A stretch of 64,000 bases of DNA from an uncultured Chloroflexia bacterium (GCA_963831745.1 CAWHRD010000005.1:20341-84340), one strand, 5' to 3'; counted from the stretch's first letter, positions 11,096 through 21,057 are shown. Numbers and translations are program-made. Notes: a model not told the origin generated them from the letters alone.

Positions 11096-11908
11096 TCAGG
11101 CCGATCTCACGTCCCGCCGCGCGAACGCGACCCCGCCGGCGAGCGCCAGGGCGGCCGTCGCGATGGCGAGCGCCGCGTAACGGATCCCCTCCGTCGGGTT
11201 CGCCAGCGGGTCGCCGGCGAGCGCCCAGTCCCACGGGGAGAGCCACGCCCACGCCTTCAGCGGCCCGCTGACCGGGAACAGCGCGGCGACCAGGTACCCC
11301 GCGAGGGCCAGGCCCAGGCCCACCGCGAGCACGGGGCCGGGCCGACCGAGCGCCCCGGCGACGGCGAGCGCAACCGCGGCGTACAGGGCGCCGAGGAGCG
11401 TGCAGAGGGCAACCGTGGCGACGATCCGCGCTTCGGCGATCTCCAGGCCGAACGCGGCGTCGGACGCGAGCTGCGAGACAAGCGAGACGAGCGCAAGGAC
11501 GGCCAGCCAGCCGAGGACGGCAAGGATGCGTCCCGCGAACACGCCAGACCGCGTCACGGGCTGGCTCAGCCACAGCTCGAGGCGCCCCGAGTCCTCCTCG
11601 GCCGAGGTCATGCTGTTGGCGAACATGACCCCGGCGGCGGCGAACATCAGGGGGATGACGACGTCGTAGAGACCGCCCTTCAGGTAGCCGGCCGGGCTGC
11701 CGAAGTCCTCCAGGCCGAACGCCTCGAGGAGCGCCGGCGGCAGCTGCCCGAGGGCGTCCTGGAGCCCTCCGGAGCCCTCGAAGGCGGGCCAGAAGGCGAC
11801 CGTGCCGACGACCATGAAGGCGAAGGCGACCGCCCACCCGACGCCGGCGCGCCACGAGGCCCAGAACGGGGTGGCGACGAGCTGGAGGCCGCGGCGCGCG
11901 GCGGTCAT
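11096..11908 (-). CDS. ABC-2 type transporter permease
   Basis: 270 aa and about 6 predicted TM segments. Its start overlaps the stop of the upstream ATPase (11905-11908). Confidence 0.75.
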   Translation of the reverse strand: MTAARRGLQLVATPFWASWRAGVGWAVAFAFMVVGTVAFWPAFEGSGGLQDALGQLPPALLEAFGLEDFGSPAGYLKGGLYDVVIPLMFAAAGVMFANSMTSAEEDSGRLELWLSQPVTRSGVFAGRILAVLGWLAVLALVSLVSQLASDAAFGLEIAEARIVATVALCTLLGALYAAVALAVAGALGRPGPVLAVGLGLALAGYLVAALFPVSGPLKAWAWLSPWDWALAGDPLANPTEGIRYAALAIATAALALAGGVAFARRDVRSA

Positions 11909-12834
11909 GGCGTTCCCGCGTAGAGATCGAGGAACGTCTCCTCGAGATCGGGCTCCTCCACCACGAGGCTCTCGACGGGGTGCCGGGCGAGGACCTCGAG
12001 GAGCGGCTGGACCGGACCGGCCAGGACGGCGGTGAACCGGCGGCCGTCCGTCGTGGGCGCCTCGATGCCGGGCACGGCCGCGAGCTCGGCGGCCGGGGGT
12101 TCACCCGCGAACCAGGCCTCGACCCGCTGGCGAGCACGGCCCCGCAGCTCGTCGACCGTCCCGAGCCCGACGATCCGGCCGGCCCGCAGGACCGCGACCC
12201 GATCCGCCGCGCGCTGGACCTCGCTCAGGACGTGGGACGACAGGAACACCGTCACGCCGGCATCCCTCGCCTCGCGCACGAGACCCAGGAACTCGTGCTG
12301 CACAAGGGGATCCAGGCCGTTCGTCGGCTCGTCGAGGACCAGCAGCTCGGCGCCGGCCACGAACGCGAGGAGCAGGGCGACCTTGCGGCGATTGCCCGAC
12401 GACAGCTCCCGCATCCGACGGCCGAGGTCGAGGTCGAGGCGCTCGGCGAGCTCGTCGCGACGCCGGGTGTCCAGGCCGCCCCGGACGGTCCCGATCGAGG
12501 CCACCAGCTCTCCGACCGTCCCACGCTCGGGGAGCCGAAGCTCGCCCGGGACGTAGGCGACACGGGCTCGCAGCGCGGGCCCGTCGCGGCGCGGATCGAG
12601 GCCCAGGACCTCGAGGCTGCCGGCCGTCGGCCGAAGGAGGTCGAGAAGGCACCGGATCGTGGTCGTCTTGCCGGCACCGTTCGGGCCCAGGAACCCGAAC
12701 ACCTCGCCTCTGCGAACCTCGAGGTCGACGCCGGCGACGGCCCGGACCCGGCCGTAGTCCTTGACGAGCCCCGAGATGCGGATGGCGGGAGGGCCGCCGG
12801 CGATCATCCCCGCGGGTCCGACGAACGCGTTCAT
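11905..12834 (-). CDS. ABC transporter ATP-binding protein
   Basis: Track ORF trimmed to the ATG at 12834 (an alternative ATG is at 12807). Walker A GPNGAGKTTT, signature LSSGNRRK, Walker B LLVLDEP. Confidence 0.85.
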   Translation of the reverse strand: MNAFVGPAGMIAGGPPAIRISGLVKDYGRVRAVAGVDLEVRRGEVFGFLGPNGAGKTTTIRCLLDLLRPTAGSLEVLGLDPRRDGPALRARVAYVPGELRLPERGTVGELVASIGTVRGGLDTRRRDELAERLDLDLGRRMRELSSGNRRKVALLLAFVAGAELLVLDEPTNGLDPLVQHEFLGLVREARDAGVTVFLSSHVLSEVQRAADRVAVLRAGRIVGLGTVDELRGRARQRVEAWFAGEPPAAELAAVPGIEAPTTDGRRFTAVLAGPVQPLLEVLARHPVESLVVEEPDLEETFLDLYAGTP

Positions 12835-12997
12835 GGATCGTCCACTTCGGTGCAGGCCGTTCGCACGGGCGGCCCCGGCACCTGCGGAGTCTAGGCTCGT
12901 GGCCCCGGGCAGTGCCCGCTCCGGCGGCGCTCGAACGCCGCGGGAGCGGTCACGGCGGCCCGTGTCGGCGCTGGACGGCGTCCCTACACTCGGTTCC

Positions 12998-13768
12998 ATG
13001 CGCCATCGCCGCCTGGCATCGTTCGTCGTCGCCGCCCTGCTGGCGAGCGCGCTCGGGGTCGGATCGCCCGGGTTCGACGGCGGCGGAACGAGCGCCGGTG
13101 CCGCCGGGCTGCCCCTCGCGGGCGTGGTCGTCGCCGTGGACCCCGGCCACAACGGCGGCAACGCCGCGCACCCGGCGCAGATCGCGCGCCGGGTCTGGAC
13201 CGGCACCGGGTGGCGGGCGTGCGCCACGGTCGGCACGACGACGACCTCAGGCTACCCCGAGCATCGCTTCAACTTCGCCGTGGCGCTGCGGGTCAAGGCG
13301 CGCCTCGAGGCCCTCGGCGCGACGGTCTACCTGACCCGGCCGAGCGACGGCGGCGTCGGCCCGTGCGTGGACGTGCGCGGGAGGTTCGGCACGCGGATGC
13401 ACGCGGACCTGACCGTCGCCATCCACGCCGACGGCTCGGCCTCGTCCCACCGCGGCTTCTACGTCATGCGGCCGGGCCTCGTCCGCGGCCTCACCGACGA
13501 CATCCTCGGGCGCTCCGCCGCGCTCGCCCGGGCGATGCGGACGGGCCTCACCGGCGCCGGCCTGCCGATCGCGAACTACTACGCCAGCGCCGGGATCCGG
13601 ACGCGCACCGACTTCGCCACGTTCAACCTGTCGGACATCCCGGTGGTCATGCTGGAGCTCGGCAACATGAAGAACGCCGCCGACGCCGGCCGCATGAAGA
13701 GCGCGACGGGGCGCGATCGCTACGCGGCGGGGATCGTGGCGGGGATCCGCCTGTACCTGGACAGGTAG
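12998..13768 (+). CDS. N-acetylmuramoyl-L-alanine amidase (Amidase_3), secreted
   Basis: Trimmed to ATG (MRHRRLASFVVAALLASALG, signal-like). VAVDPGHNGG, AIHADG and ELGNMKN are Amidase_3 motifs. Confidence 0.85.
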   Translation: MRHRRLASFVVAALLASALGVGSPGFDGGGTSAGAAGLPLAGVVVAVDPGHNGGNAAHPAQIARRVWTGTGWRACATVGTTTTSGYPEHRFNFAVALRVKARLEALGATVYLTRPSDGGVGPCVDVRGRFGTRMHADLTVAIHADGSASSHRGFYVMRPGLVRGLTDDILGRSAALARAMRTGLTGAGLPIANYYASAGIRTRTDFATFNLSDIPVVMLELGNMKNAADAGRMKSATGRDRYAAGIVAGIRLYLDR

Positions 13769-13877
13769 GGAGCGTCGGCCGGCCCGATCGCGCACCAAGC
13801 TCGGCCGATCGCGTCGCTTGCGATCGCCGGCCCCCCGATGCCCGCGCGAACCGGCCGACGGGGTCGGGAGCGCCGGC

Positions 13878-14099
13878 TCAGGCGGTTCGTCGGGCAGCCG
13901 GGACCGGCTCGAGCACGAGCGCCTTCATCGGGCAGCAGTCGACCGCCCGCCGGGCGTCGTCGAGTTGCCGCCGGTCGACCGGCCCCGGTCGAACCACCGG
14001 GTACCGCCACTCGTCGAGGTCGACGAGGTCCGGGGCCAGGTCGCCGCACAGACCGTAGCCGTCGCACTTGATCCAGTCCACGCGCAGCCTGCGTTCCAC
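13878..14099 (-). CDS. Small ferredoxin
   Basis: 73 aa. CDGYGLC...CP cluster-binding pattern. GTG start lies 1 nt after the stop of the NuoF-like gene. Confidence 0.65.
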   Translation of the reverse strand: MERRLRVDWIKCDGYGLCGDLAPDLVDLDEWRYPVVRPGPVDRRQLDDARRAVDCCPMKALVLEPVPAARRTA

Positions 14100-14100
14100 C

Positions 14101-15348
14101 TCAGGCCACCGCGATGCGCGAGCCGGTGACGGAGCAGCGTCCCATACGGGCGTGGTGGGCGAACTCGTCGCCGAACACGTTCAGGGCGCTGACCATCAGC
14201 TGAGCGGCGCCGTCCGGGTGGCGGCACGCGCCGCGCCCGGGGAGCTGGGCGCTCCAGCGCTCGATGTCCGCGAGCTCCGAGGCGCCCGCGGCGCCGTCGG
14301 CGATCCTCCGCGTCGCATCGCCGATCGCCCGCAGCCCGAAGACGCAGGGACCACACTGGCCCGCGCTCTCGGCCGCCATGTAGCCCATGATCTCCGCGGT
14401 GACCACGACGCCGCAGGCGTCGGCCGGCAGCAGCCCGACGATCCCGCAGCCGAAGGCGAGCCCGCTCGCCTGCATCACCGCGGGATCGAGCGGGAACTCC
14501 CACGTGTCGCCGGCCGGGGCCCAGGTCCCGAAGTACCCGCCCAGCACGACGGCCTGGACCTCGCCGGTCAGGCCGCCGGCGCTGTCGACCACCTCCCCGA
14601 GCGTCGTGCCGAGCTCGATCTCGCGCACGCCGGGCCGTCCCACGGGCCCGCTTACCGTGACCAGGCCGGTGCCCTTCGACCCGAGGCGGCCGCTGGTCCG
14701 GTACCAGCGTTCGCCGAACCGGGCGACGAGGGCCGCGTAGGCCAGGCTCTCCACGTTCTGCACGAGCGTCGGGCGGCCGGCCACGCCCTGCTCGGAGACG
14801 CGGGGCGGCGACGTCGTCGGCCGAGCGTCCGTGCTGTCGATGTAGTGGACCGCCGCCGATGCCTCGCCGGCCACGTAGCCGACCGGCGCCGTCACGAGGC
14901 GCATCCGCTGGCGGACCTCCGCCCGCCGGTCCCCGATCGCCCGCTCGATCATGGCGACGGCCGCGCCGTGCTCGCTCCCGACGTAGAAGACGATCTCGTC
15001 GGCGCCGACGGCCTCGGCGGCGAGGACGGCGCCGTCGACGACGAGGTGCGGCCGGTGAGCCATCAGGACGCGGTCCTTCGCGCTGCCCGGCTCCCCCTCC
15101 GCGCCGTTGGCGACGACGACGGCCCGGCCGCCGCTGCGCTCGGCAACCGCTCGCCACTTGCGCCCGACGGGGAAGCCGGCGCCGCCGCGGCCGAGGAGGC
15201 CGCTCGCCTCGAGGCTGGCGATGAGATCGCCGCGGTCGGCGCGAGCCGGCAGGGCGCCGAGCCTGGCCAGGTGCCCACCGAGGGACTCGGGCTCCCCGGC
15301 GAGCGGCGGGCCGGCGAGGAGGCGGGAAGCGGACTGGTGCAGTGGCAT
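14101..15348 (-). CDS. Stand-alone NuoF-like flavoprotein (NADH dehydrogenase subunit F-type FMN/NADH/[4Fe-4S] domains)
   Basis: 415 aa. GRGGAGFPVGRKW (FMN site), ANGAEGEPGSAKD, and the C-terminal SAGQCGPCVFG...GACRHPDG cluster motif. Confidence 0.8.
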   Translation of the reverse strand: MPLHQSASRLLAGPPLAGEPESLGGHLARLGALPARADRGDLIASLEASGLLGRGGAGFPVGRKWRAVAERSGGRAVVVANGAEGEPGSAKDRVLMAHRPHLVVDGAVLAAEAVGADEIVFYVGSEHGAAVAMIERAIGDRRAEVRQRMRLVTAPVGYVAGEASAAVHYIDSTDARPTTSPPRVSEQGVAGRPTLVQNVESLAYAALVARFGERWYRTSGRLGSKGTGLVTVSGPVGRPGVREIELGTTLGEVVDSAGGLTGEVQAVVLGGYFGTWAPAGDTWEFPLDPAVMQASGLAFGCGIVGLLPADACGVVVTAEIMGYMAAESAGQCGPCVFGLRAIGDATRRIADGAAGASELADIERWSAQLPGRGACRHPDGAAQLMVSALNVFGDEFAHHARMGRCSVTGSRIAVA

Positions 15349-15529
15349 GGGGGCCCCGGGGCTGGCGGAGGGAGCGGACGGGGATCACGCCGAGGGGCCT
15401 GCCTCGCCCAAGAGGCTCGCGCCCACCGATCGACGATCGTCGTCACGCTGGTATGCCCTCCTGAGGCGCGGCCCGCGCGGAAGGTTTCACCCGCCCGCCG
15501 CGTGAGCGCGCCGGGATGGGCGAGCACGA

Positions 15530-15565
15530 CGAGGCCCCCGGCATCGGCGGATGACGGGGGCCTCG
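15530..15565 (-). terminator. Strong hairpin downstream of the htrA-like gene
   Basis: CGAGGCCCCCG (15530-15540), a 14-nt loop, then CGGGGGCCTCG (15555-15565). Perfect 11-bp stem about 50 nt after the stop at 15616. Confidence 0.5.
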
Positions 15566-15615
15566 TGCGCTGCCGCGTCTCGGCCGGGACGCATGGGCCG
15601 AGGGGCGGCTCGGGA

Positions 15616-17208
15616 CTACAGGTTCGCGGGACGCGTCCCCAGCGTGACGGTGATCTTGAGCGTCTGGCCGTTGCGGAGGACGTCGAGGGCCGCCTTCTGG
15701 CCCGGGGCGAGCTGGCTCACGACCATGTCGAGCGGGTGCGTGGCGTCGAGGGTCGTGCCGTCGACGGCCGTGATGATGTCGCCGGCGGCGAGGCCCGCCT
15801 TCTCGGCCGGGCTCCCCGCGACGATGGGATCCTGCGGCGCCGCCGCCTGGCCCTGGCCGGACTGGCCCTGGCCGAAGGGGTCGAACGGGTTCAGGCCCTG
15901 GCCGTTCGGGTCCTGGCTGGGAGCCGGGTTGGTGGTGCCACCGTTGCCCTGCGCGAGGGCCGCCGCGGACGGGATCCAGGCGCCGTTGTCGACGGGCAGG
16001 TTCGCCTCCGCTTTGAGCTGCGGATCGATCGTCTGGAACCGGATCCCGAGCCAGGCGCGGGCGAGCGGCTGGCCGGCGGACGCCTGGGCGAGCAGCGGGC
16101 GGGCGATGTTGATCGGGATGGCGAACCCGATCCCCTCCGCGTTGCCGGCGATGGCCGTGTTGATGCCGACGACCTTGCCGCTCCCGTCGAGGAGCGGTCC
16201 ACCGCTGTTGCCGGGGTTGATGGCCGTGTCGGTCTGGATCAGGTTCGTGAGTGCAGAGCCGTCCTGGACGTCGATGCTCCGGCCGAGCGCGGAGATGATC
16301 CCGGTGGTCACCGAGTCGGTGAACTCGCCGAGCGGGCTGCCGATCGCGATCGCCTGCTGGCCGACCTGGATCGTCGACGAGTCGCCGATGGCGGCCGTCG
16401 GCAGGCCGGTCTCGTTCACCTTGACGATGGCGAGGTCGGTGAGCGTGTCGATGCCGTAGATCGTCGCGTCGAGGGAGCGGCCGTCCTTGAGCTTGACGGT
16501 CAGCTTTGTCGGATCCCCGGCGACGACGTGGTGGTTCGTGAGGATCAGGCCGTTCGCGTCGAAGATCACGCCGGAGCCGGTCCCGGTCCCCTGGCTCGTC
16601 TCGGCGACGATCGTGACCACGGCGGGGCTGACGGCCTTGACGATGTCGACGACGGAGCCCTCGTTGGCGACGGGGGCGGGCGTGGCCTGGGCAGTGGGGG
16701 TGGGCGTGGCCTGGCTCCCGGTCTGGACGCCGGTCGGCGCGGACGGAGCCGGAGCATTGCCGTTGGCGGCCGTCACCGCGAGGTACGTCCCTCCCGAGGT
16801 GAGCAGCGCCGTGGCGAGGACGGCGCCCACGATCATGCCCGGGCCGACGGAGCGGCGGGCGCGGGGGGTCGGCGCGTTCTGCGGGGGCGAGGCCGGGGGT
16901 GCCCAGGAGGCCGGCGGAGGGGCGGCGGTCCACGCCGGCGGGGGCGTCGCCTGCGCGAAGGCGGTCGGCGGCGGCGCGGCAACGACGTGCGGCTCGGCGG
17001 CGGCGCGCGGCTCGGCGGCCTCGGCCGCGGGGGCCTCCGGCGTCCAGCGCACCGGCTGGGTGACCTCGGACGAACCCGCCGGAACGGTCGCGGCGGGGTC
17101 GCCCGCGGGCGGCGTCACCTGGGCGGCGAGCGCCGGGTCGAAGGTCGGGGAAGGGGCGGCGGGCGGCTGCGCCGGATCGGGTGCGGTCTGGAACGGCTGG
17201 TCTGTCAT
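15616..17208 (-). CDS. HtrA/DegP-family trypsin-like serine protease with Pro/Ala-rich N-terminus, TM anchor and C-terminal PDZ
   Basis: The 1182-aa track ORF was trimmed to ATG (MTDQPF...) with GGAAGGA 7 nt upstream. Triad contexts are TNHHVV, DLAIVKV and GNSGGPL. PDZ-like GSPAEKAGLAAGDII. Confidence 0.9.
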   Translation of the reverse strand: MTDQPFQTAPDPAQPPAAPSPTFDPALAAQVTPPAGDPAATVPAGSSEVTQPVRWTPEAPAAEAAEPRAAAEPHVVAAPPPTAFAQATPPPAWTAAPPPASWAPPASPPQNAPTPRARRSVGPGMIVGAVLATALLTSGGTYLAVTAANGNAPAPSAPTGVQTGSQATPTPTAQATPAPVANEGSVVDIVKAVSPAVVTIVAETSQGTGTGSGVIFDANGLILTNHHVVAGDPTKLTVKLKDGRSLDATIYGIDTLTDLAIVKVNETGLPTAAIGDSSTIQVGQQAIAIGSPLGEFTDSVTTGIISALGRSIDVQDGSALTNLIQTDTAINPGNSGGPLLDGSGKVVGINTAIAGNAEGIGFAIPINIARPLLAQASAGQPLARAWLGIRFQTIDPQLKAEANLPVDNGAWIPSAAALAQGNGGTTNPAPSQDPNGQGLNPFDPFGQGQSGQGQAAAPQDPIVAGSPAEKAGLAAGDIITAVDGTTLDATHPLDMVVSQLAPGQKAALDVLRNGQTLKITVTLGTRPANL

Positions 17209-17580
17209 CGGTATTCCTTCCATCCGGGCCACATGCCGCTGTGGCGTGTGCGCTGATGTCTCGCGTGTTCTGGGAGCCCGGGGCGTCAGGGCACAGCATT
17301 CCGGCGCCAGGTGAACGAACGCCGATCGAGGTGGTGAAGGTTCCTTGACGTTGCGGTTTCTTTGCCGCCGGCGGGTGCGATCGCAACCGGCGGGCCCGGC
17401 GCGGACCGACGGGCGCCGCGACCGACGGGCGCCTCCGGGGAGCCCTCGAGAGCGCCCGGGTCGTCCGATCCGGCGCCCTCGTTTGACGGAATCGCCCGCA
17501 GGCCCGATGGTGGGGAGACCAGTCGCCATGCGCCGGGCTCTCATTCGCCGGCCCGAAGCGCGCGACGGATCGGATCCAGC

Positions 17581-17868
17581 ATGGCTCGCACGTCCTTCAC
17601 GTCGCCACACGCCAACGTCGTCGTCTGCAGCGACGGCTACTTCGACGTCTATCCGCCGGTCGACCGGGCGAACGGCGACAAGCCCGCCTATCGCGGCGGT
17701 CTCGCCGAGCTGGGCTCCGGGATCCGGGGCATCGACGCCCGGCTCGCGATCCGCCCGGACTCCGCGGTGCTGGCGGATGCGGTGGAGGCCTGGTCGGCCG
17801 TCCACGGCGCAGAAGCGGTCCGGGGCGAGCTCGGCCGGGGCCGGGACGGCACCCAGCCGGAGGCGTAG
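17581..17868 (+). CDS. Hypothetical protein (95 aa)
   Basis: Only the ATG-initiated tail of track ORF 17362..17868 has high third-position GC and a non-repetitive composition. No family recognised and no clear RBS. Followed by a hairpin. Confidence 0.35.
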   Translation: MARTSFTSPHANVVVCSDGYFDVYPPVDRANGDKPAYRGGLAELGSGIRGIDARLAIRPDSAVLADAVEAWSAVHGAEAVRGELGRGRDGTQPEA

Positions 17869-17875
17869 AGGCACC

Positions 17876-17894
17876 GCGTCCGCGCTCCGGACGC
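17876..17894 (+). terminator. Short hairpin after the 95-aa ORF
   Basis: GCGTCCG, a 5-nt loop, then CGGACGC. Begins 8 nt after the TAG. Confidence 0.3.
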
Positions 17895-18088
17895 CCGAGC
17901 CCGGGAGCTGCCGTCGGCGCCCCGGGGTGGAGTTGCGTCCGGTTCCCAGCGTCGCGGGCTGGGACATCCCCGGGCGCTCCGGGCAGGTTGCGCCTATCAT
18001 CACCGCCTCCAGCCGGCGCGTCGCCGCCGGCTTCCACCCTGCCGCTCGGCCACCCCCGGCGGTCGCCCCACAGCGAGGCCCGCCGTCC

Positions 18089-19714
18089 GTGCCCAGCACC
18101 CCGGTCGCTCCAACCCTGCCGGCGACGCTTCCCGCGATGCTGGCCCGCGCCATCGCCACGCAGGGGGCCGCCCCGTTTCTCGGCGTGCGCACGTCGACCT
18201 CCCGTGAGCAGTCGCTGACCTTCGCCGAGTTCGGGGTGGCCGTCGAGCACGCTGCCGCGCGGCTCGCGGCAGCGCTCCAGCCGGGCGAACGCGTCCTGGT
18301 CCAGGGGGCGCCCGGCCCCGGGTTCGCGGCCGCGCTCTTCGCGGCCGCCCGGGCGAACGTGATCCTCGTGCCCCTCGACGCGCGGATGACGCCCGACACG
18401 GTCGAGCGGATCTCGGCGCTGACGGAGCCGGTGGCGATCCTGCTGGGCACCGGGGCGACGCTCGAGCCCGTGACGATCCCGGCACTCGCCCACCTGCCCG
18501 TCATGGATCTCGACGACATCGTCGACCCGCCCGGGCCCGCTGCGGTGGCAGCCCTGGCGGCCCGCGAGACCGCGGCGCCGGACGAGCCGATCGAGATCCT
18601 GTGCACGTCGGGCTCGACCGGCAACCCGAAGGGCGTCACGATCACCCAGGCCATGCTGCTGGCCTCGACCGAGCGCTGCCTGGCGACGATCCCGGCTGGG
18701 CCCAACCGCTTCGTCTCGATCCTGCCCCTCTCCCACATCATGGAGCAGGTCGCCGGCCTGGTGTACGCGGCCGCGGCCGGCGCCGAGACCGAGTACATCA
18801 CGACGCTCCGACCGGACGTGATCGCGGCGGCGATCAAGGGCCACCGGGCGACCGCGCTCGTCGTCGTCCCGCAGGTCCTGGAGCTCCTGTTCGGCGCCAT
18901 CCGGCGGGAGGCCGACCGCTCCGGCAGCGGCGCGACGTTCCGGCGGGCGCTCCGTCTCGCGCCGTACCTGCCGATGGAGCTGCGGCGGCGGCTCTTCAAG
19001 AAGGTGCACGCGGCGCTGGGCGGCGAGCTGCGCCTGGTGCTGTGCTCCGCCGCGCACCTGTCCCCGACGCTACAGCGCAGCTGGGAGGCGCTGGGTGTGG
19101 AGGTCGTCCAGGGATACGGCTCCACCGAGGCGGGTCTCGTCGCCACCAACTTCCGCGGACGCACGCCGCCGGGCCGCGTCGGCTGGGCGCTCCCGCCGCT
19201 GGAGCTGCGCGTCGAGCCCGACGGCGAGGTCGTCGTCCGGGGGCCGTCGGTCTTCGCGACCTACTGGCAGGACCCGGACGCGACGGCCGTGGCGTTCACG
19301 CCGGACGGCTGGTACCGGACGGGCGACGTCGGCGAGCTCGACGCGTCGGGCTCGCTCCGCCTGATCGGGCGGACGCGCTCGCTGATCGCGCTGCCGAACG
19401 GCATGAACGTCCACCCGGAGGACGTCGAGGCGGCGCTGATCGAACAGGGCCTGGTCGAGCCCGTCGTCTACGAGGCCGAGCCGGGCAGGATCGGGTTCGC
19501 GTATCGCGCGGGCGCCGCATTCAGCGAGCAGCCGTCGGACGAGGAGACGGCCCTGGCGGCCGCGGTGGGCGCGGCCAATCGCCGACTGGCCGTCCACCAG
19601 CGGATCACGGACCGCGCCGCGTTCCCGGAGGCGGACTTCCCGCGGACGCACACCCGCAAGGTCCGCCGCGGCGCCGTCGCCGAGCGGATGGCGGGCGTGC
19701 CGCTCGGCCGCTGA
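18089..19714 (+). CDS. AMP-dependent acyl-CoA synthetase/ligase (FadD-like)
   Basis: Track ORF 17345..19714 trimmed to the GTG at 18089 (alternative ATG at 18137). AMP-binding motif LCTSGSTGNPKGV, plus YGSTE and WYRTGD. Confidence 0.8.
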   Translation: MPSTPVAPTLPATLPAMLARAIATQGAAPFLGVRTSTSREQSLTFAEFGVAVEHAAARLAAALQPGERVLVQGAPGPGFAAALFAAARANVILVPLDARMTPDTVERISALTEPVAILLGTGATLEPVTIPALAHLPVMDLDDIVDPPGPAAVAALAARETAAPDEPIEILCTSGSTGNPKGVTITQAMLLASTERCLATIPAGPNRFVSILPLSHIMEQVAGLVYAAAAGAETEYITTLRPDVIAAAIKGHRATALVVVPQVLELLFGAIRREADRSGSGATFRRALRLAPYLPMELRRRLFKKVHAALGGELRLVLCSAAHLSPTLQRSWEALGVEVVQGYGSTEAGLVATNFRGRTPPGRVGWALPPLELRVEPDGEVVVRGPSVFATYWQDPDATAVAFTPDGWYRTGDVGELDASGSLRLIGRTRSLIALPNGMNVHPEDVEAALIEQGLVEPVVYEAEPGRIGFAYRAGAAFSEQPSDEETALAAAVGAANRRLAVHQRITDRAAFPEADFPRTHTRKVRRGAVAERMAGVPLGR

Positions 19715-19760
19715 CGCAGCCCCCGCGCGGCGACGGCCGGGGCCGGCAGCGGCGCTTTGC

Positions 19761-21057
19761 CTACCTCATCGGTTCGCCGGCGGCGAAGCGGGAGATGAGG
19801 TCCGTGTAGCCGGGCAGGCCGCGCTCGTAGCCGATGGCCCAGAAGCCGGCGCCCGCGAGCCCGCGCTCGTTGGCGAGCGCCAGCTTCGCCTCGAGGGTGG
19901 CAGGCGAGTCCACGTAGATGGCACGCCACGTGCGGTCGTCGGGCGTCGCCGACGGCGTCGCGGGGCTGGCTGATGGAGTCGCTCCGGGCCCAGGGGTCGC
20001 GCCGATCGACGGGGACGCCGATCCCGCCGCCGACGCCGGGGGATACGACGAGCCGTCGGACGCGAGCGCGTAGAGCTCGACCATCTCGACCGCGTCGCGG
20101 GCGGGGACGATCGACGGGTCCCGCAGGATCTCGAGGTTCCGGCGCGGAACCCACGTCTCGCCGCGGCCCGTCGCCGGTGCCCCGAGCAGCGGATCCGTGA
20201 CCGGCCACGAGCGGCCGTAGAGCGGCAGGCCCAGGAGCGTCCGCTCGACGGGGACCCCGAGCGCCTCGTAGAGGTCGAGCGACCAGACCAGGTCCTCTCT
20301 CCTCGCCGTCGCGCCGGTCGAGCGGCGCGATGGCTCCCGGCTCCGAGCCGTTCACCCGGTAGTCGTAGCCCATCAGGAAGATCCGGTCGGCGCCGGCCTG
20401 GGCGGCGGCGGCCGCCATCGCTGCGCCGCCGATGCTCGCCTGCGTGGCCGCCGACACCCGGTCCGAGGGATCGGCGGCCGCCAGCGCGTCGCCCAGGCGC
20501 CCAACGAACGCGCCGTACGCCGACACCTGCAGGGGGTCGAGGCCTTCCACGTCGACGTTGACGCCGTCGAGGCCGAGGTCGCCGACGAGGGTGACGAGCG
20601 AGGCGATCGTCGCGTTCTGGAGGTCGGCGTCCGCGAAGAAGCCGTCGTTCCGGTCGCGCCCGAAGCTGCTGAAGACGATCTCGACGCGGACGCCGCGCTC
20701 GCGCGCGTCGCCGACGAGCTGCCGGCCGACGTCGCCGACGATGCGCCGGTAGCCGACCTGCTTCGTGTCGAGCGCGCCAGTCCGCGTGTTCGTGACGCTG
20801 AAGAGGGCGAGGGTCGTCAGGTCGGTCGCCCGGACGTGCGCGGCGATCGCGTCGTCCATCTCCCAGTACGGCACGTAGCCGAAGACCTCGTGGCCGGGGG
20901 CCGGGCGCGGCGTCGGCTGCGGCGTGGCGGGGACGGCCGGCCCGGAGCCGGTCGGCGATGCTGCGGGCGTCGCGTCGGGTCCGGGCGCACAGGCGGCCAG
21001 CGTGGCGACGACGAGCGCGACGACGAGCGCGACCACGGCACGGGATCGGCGGGGCAT
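19761..21057 (-). pseudogene. GH18 (chitinase-like) lipoprotein, reading frame broken once
   Basis: The N-terminal 254 aa are in one frame: lipobox LAAC, then GYVPYWE, DGVNVDVE, FLMGYDY. The rest (DLVWSLDLYEALGVP...LPLYGRSWP...FWAIGYE) is in the +1 frame. The switch is at GAGGAGAGAGGAC, about nt 20294-20295. Total length is 3n+1. Confidence 0.75.

Noticed and set aside
15616-19164. Very long upstream extensions of real genes. Examples are the 1182-aa version of htrA, 1159 aa for the MFS gene at 38019, 1099 aa for the anti-sigma, 1072 aa for the corrinoid protein, and 808, 650, 789 and 631 aa for other genes.
   Set aside because: Only the C-terminal parts look like proteins. The extensions are low-complexity Arg/Pro-rich and overlap neighbouring genes. 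Internal starts with SD-like motifs or 4-nt stop/start overlaps give family-typical lengths.
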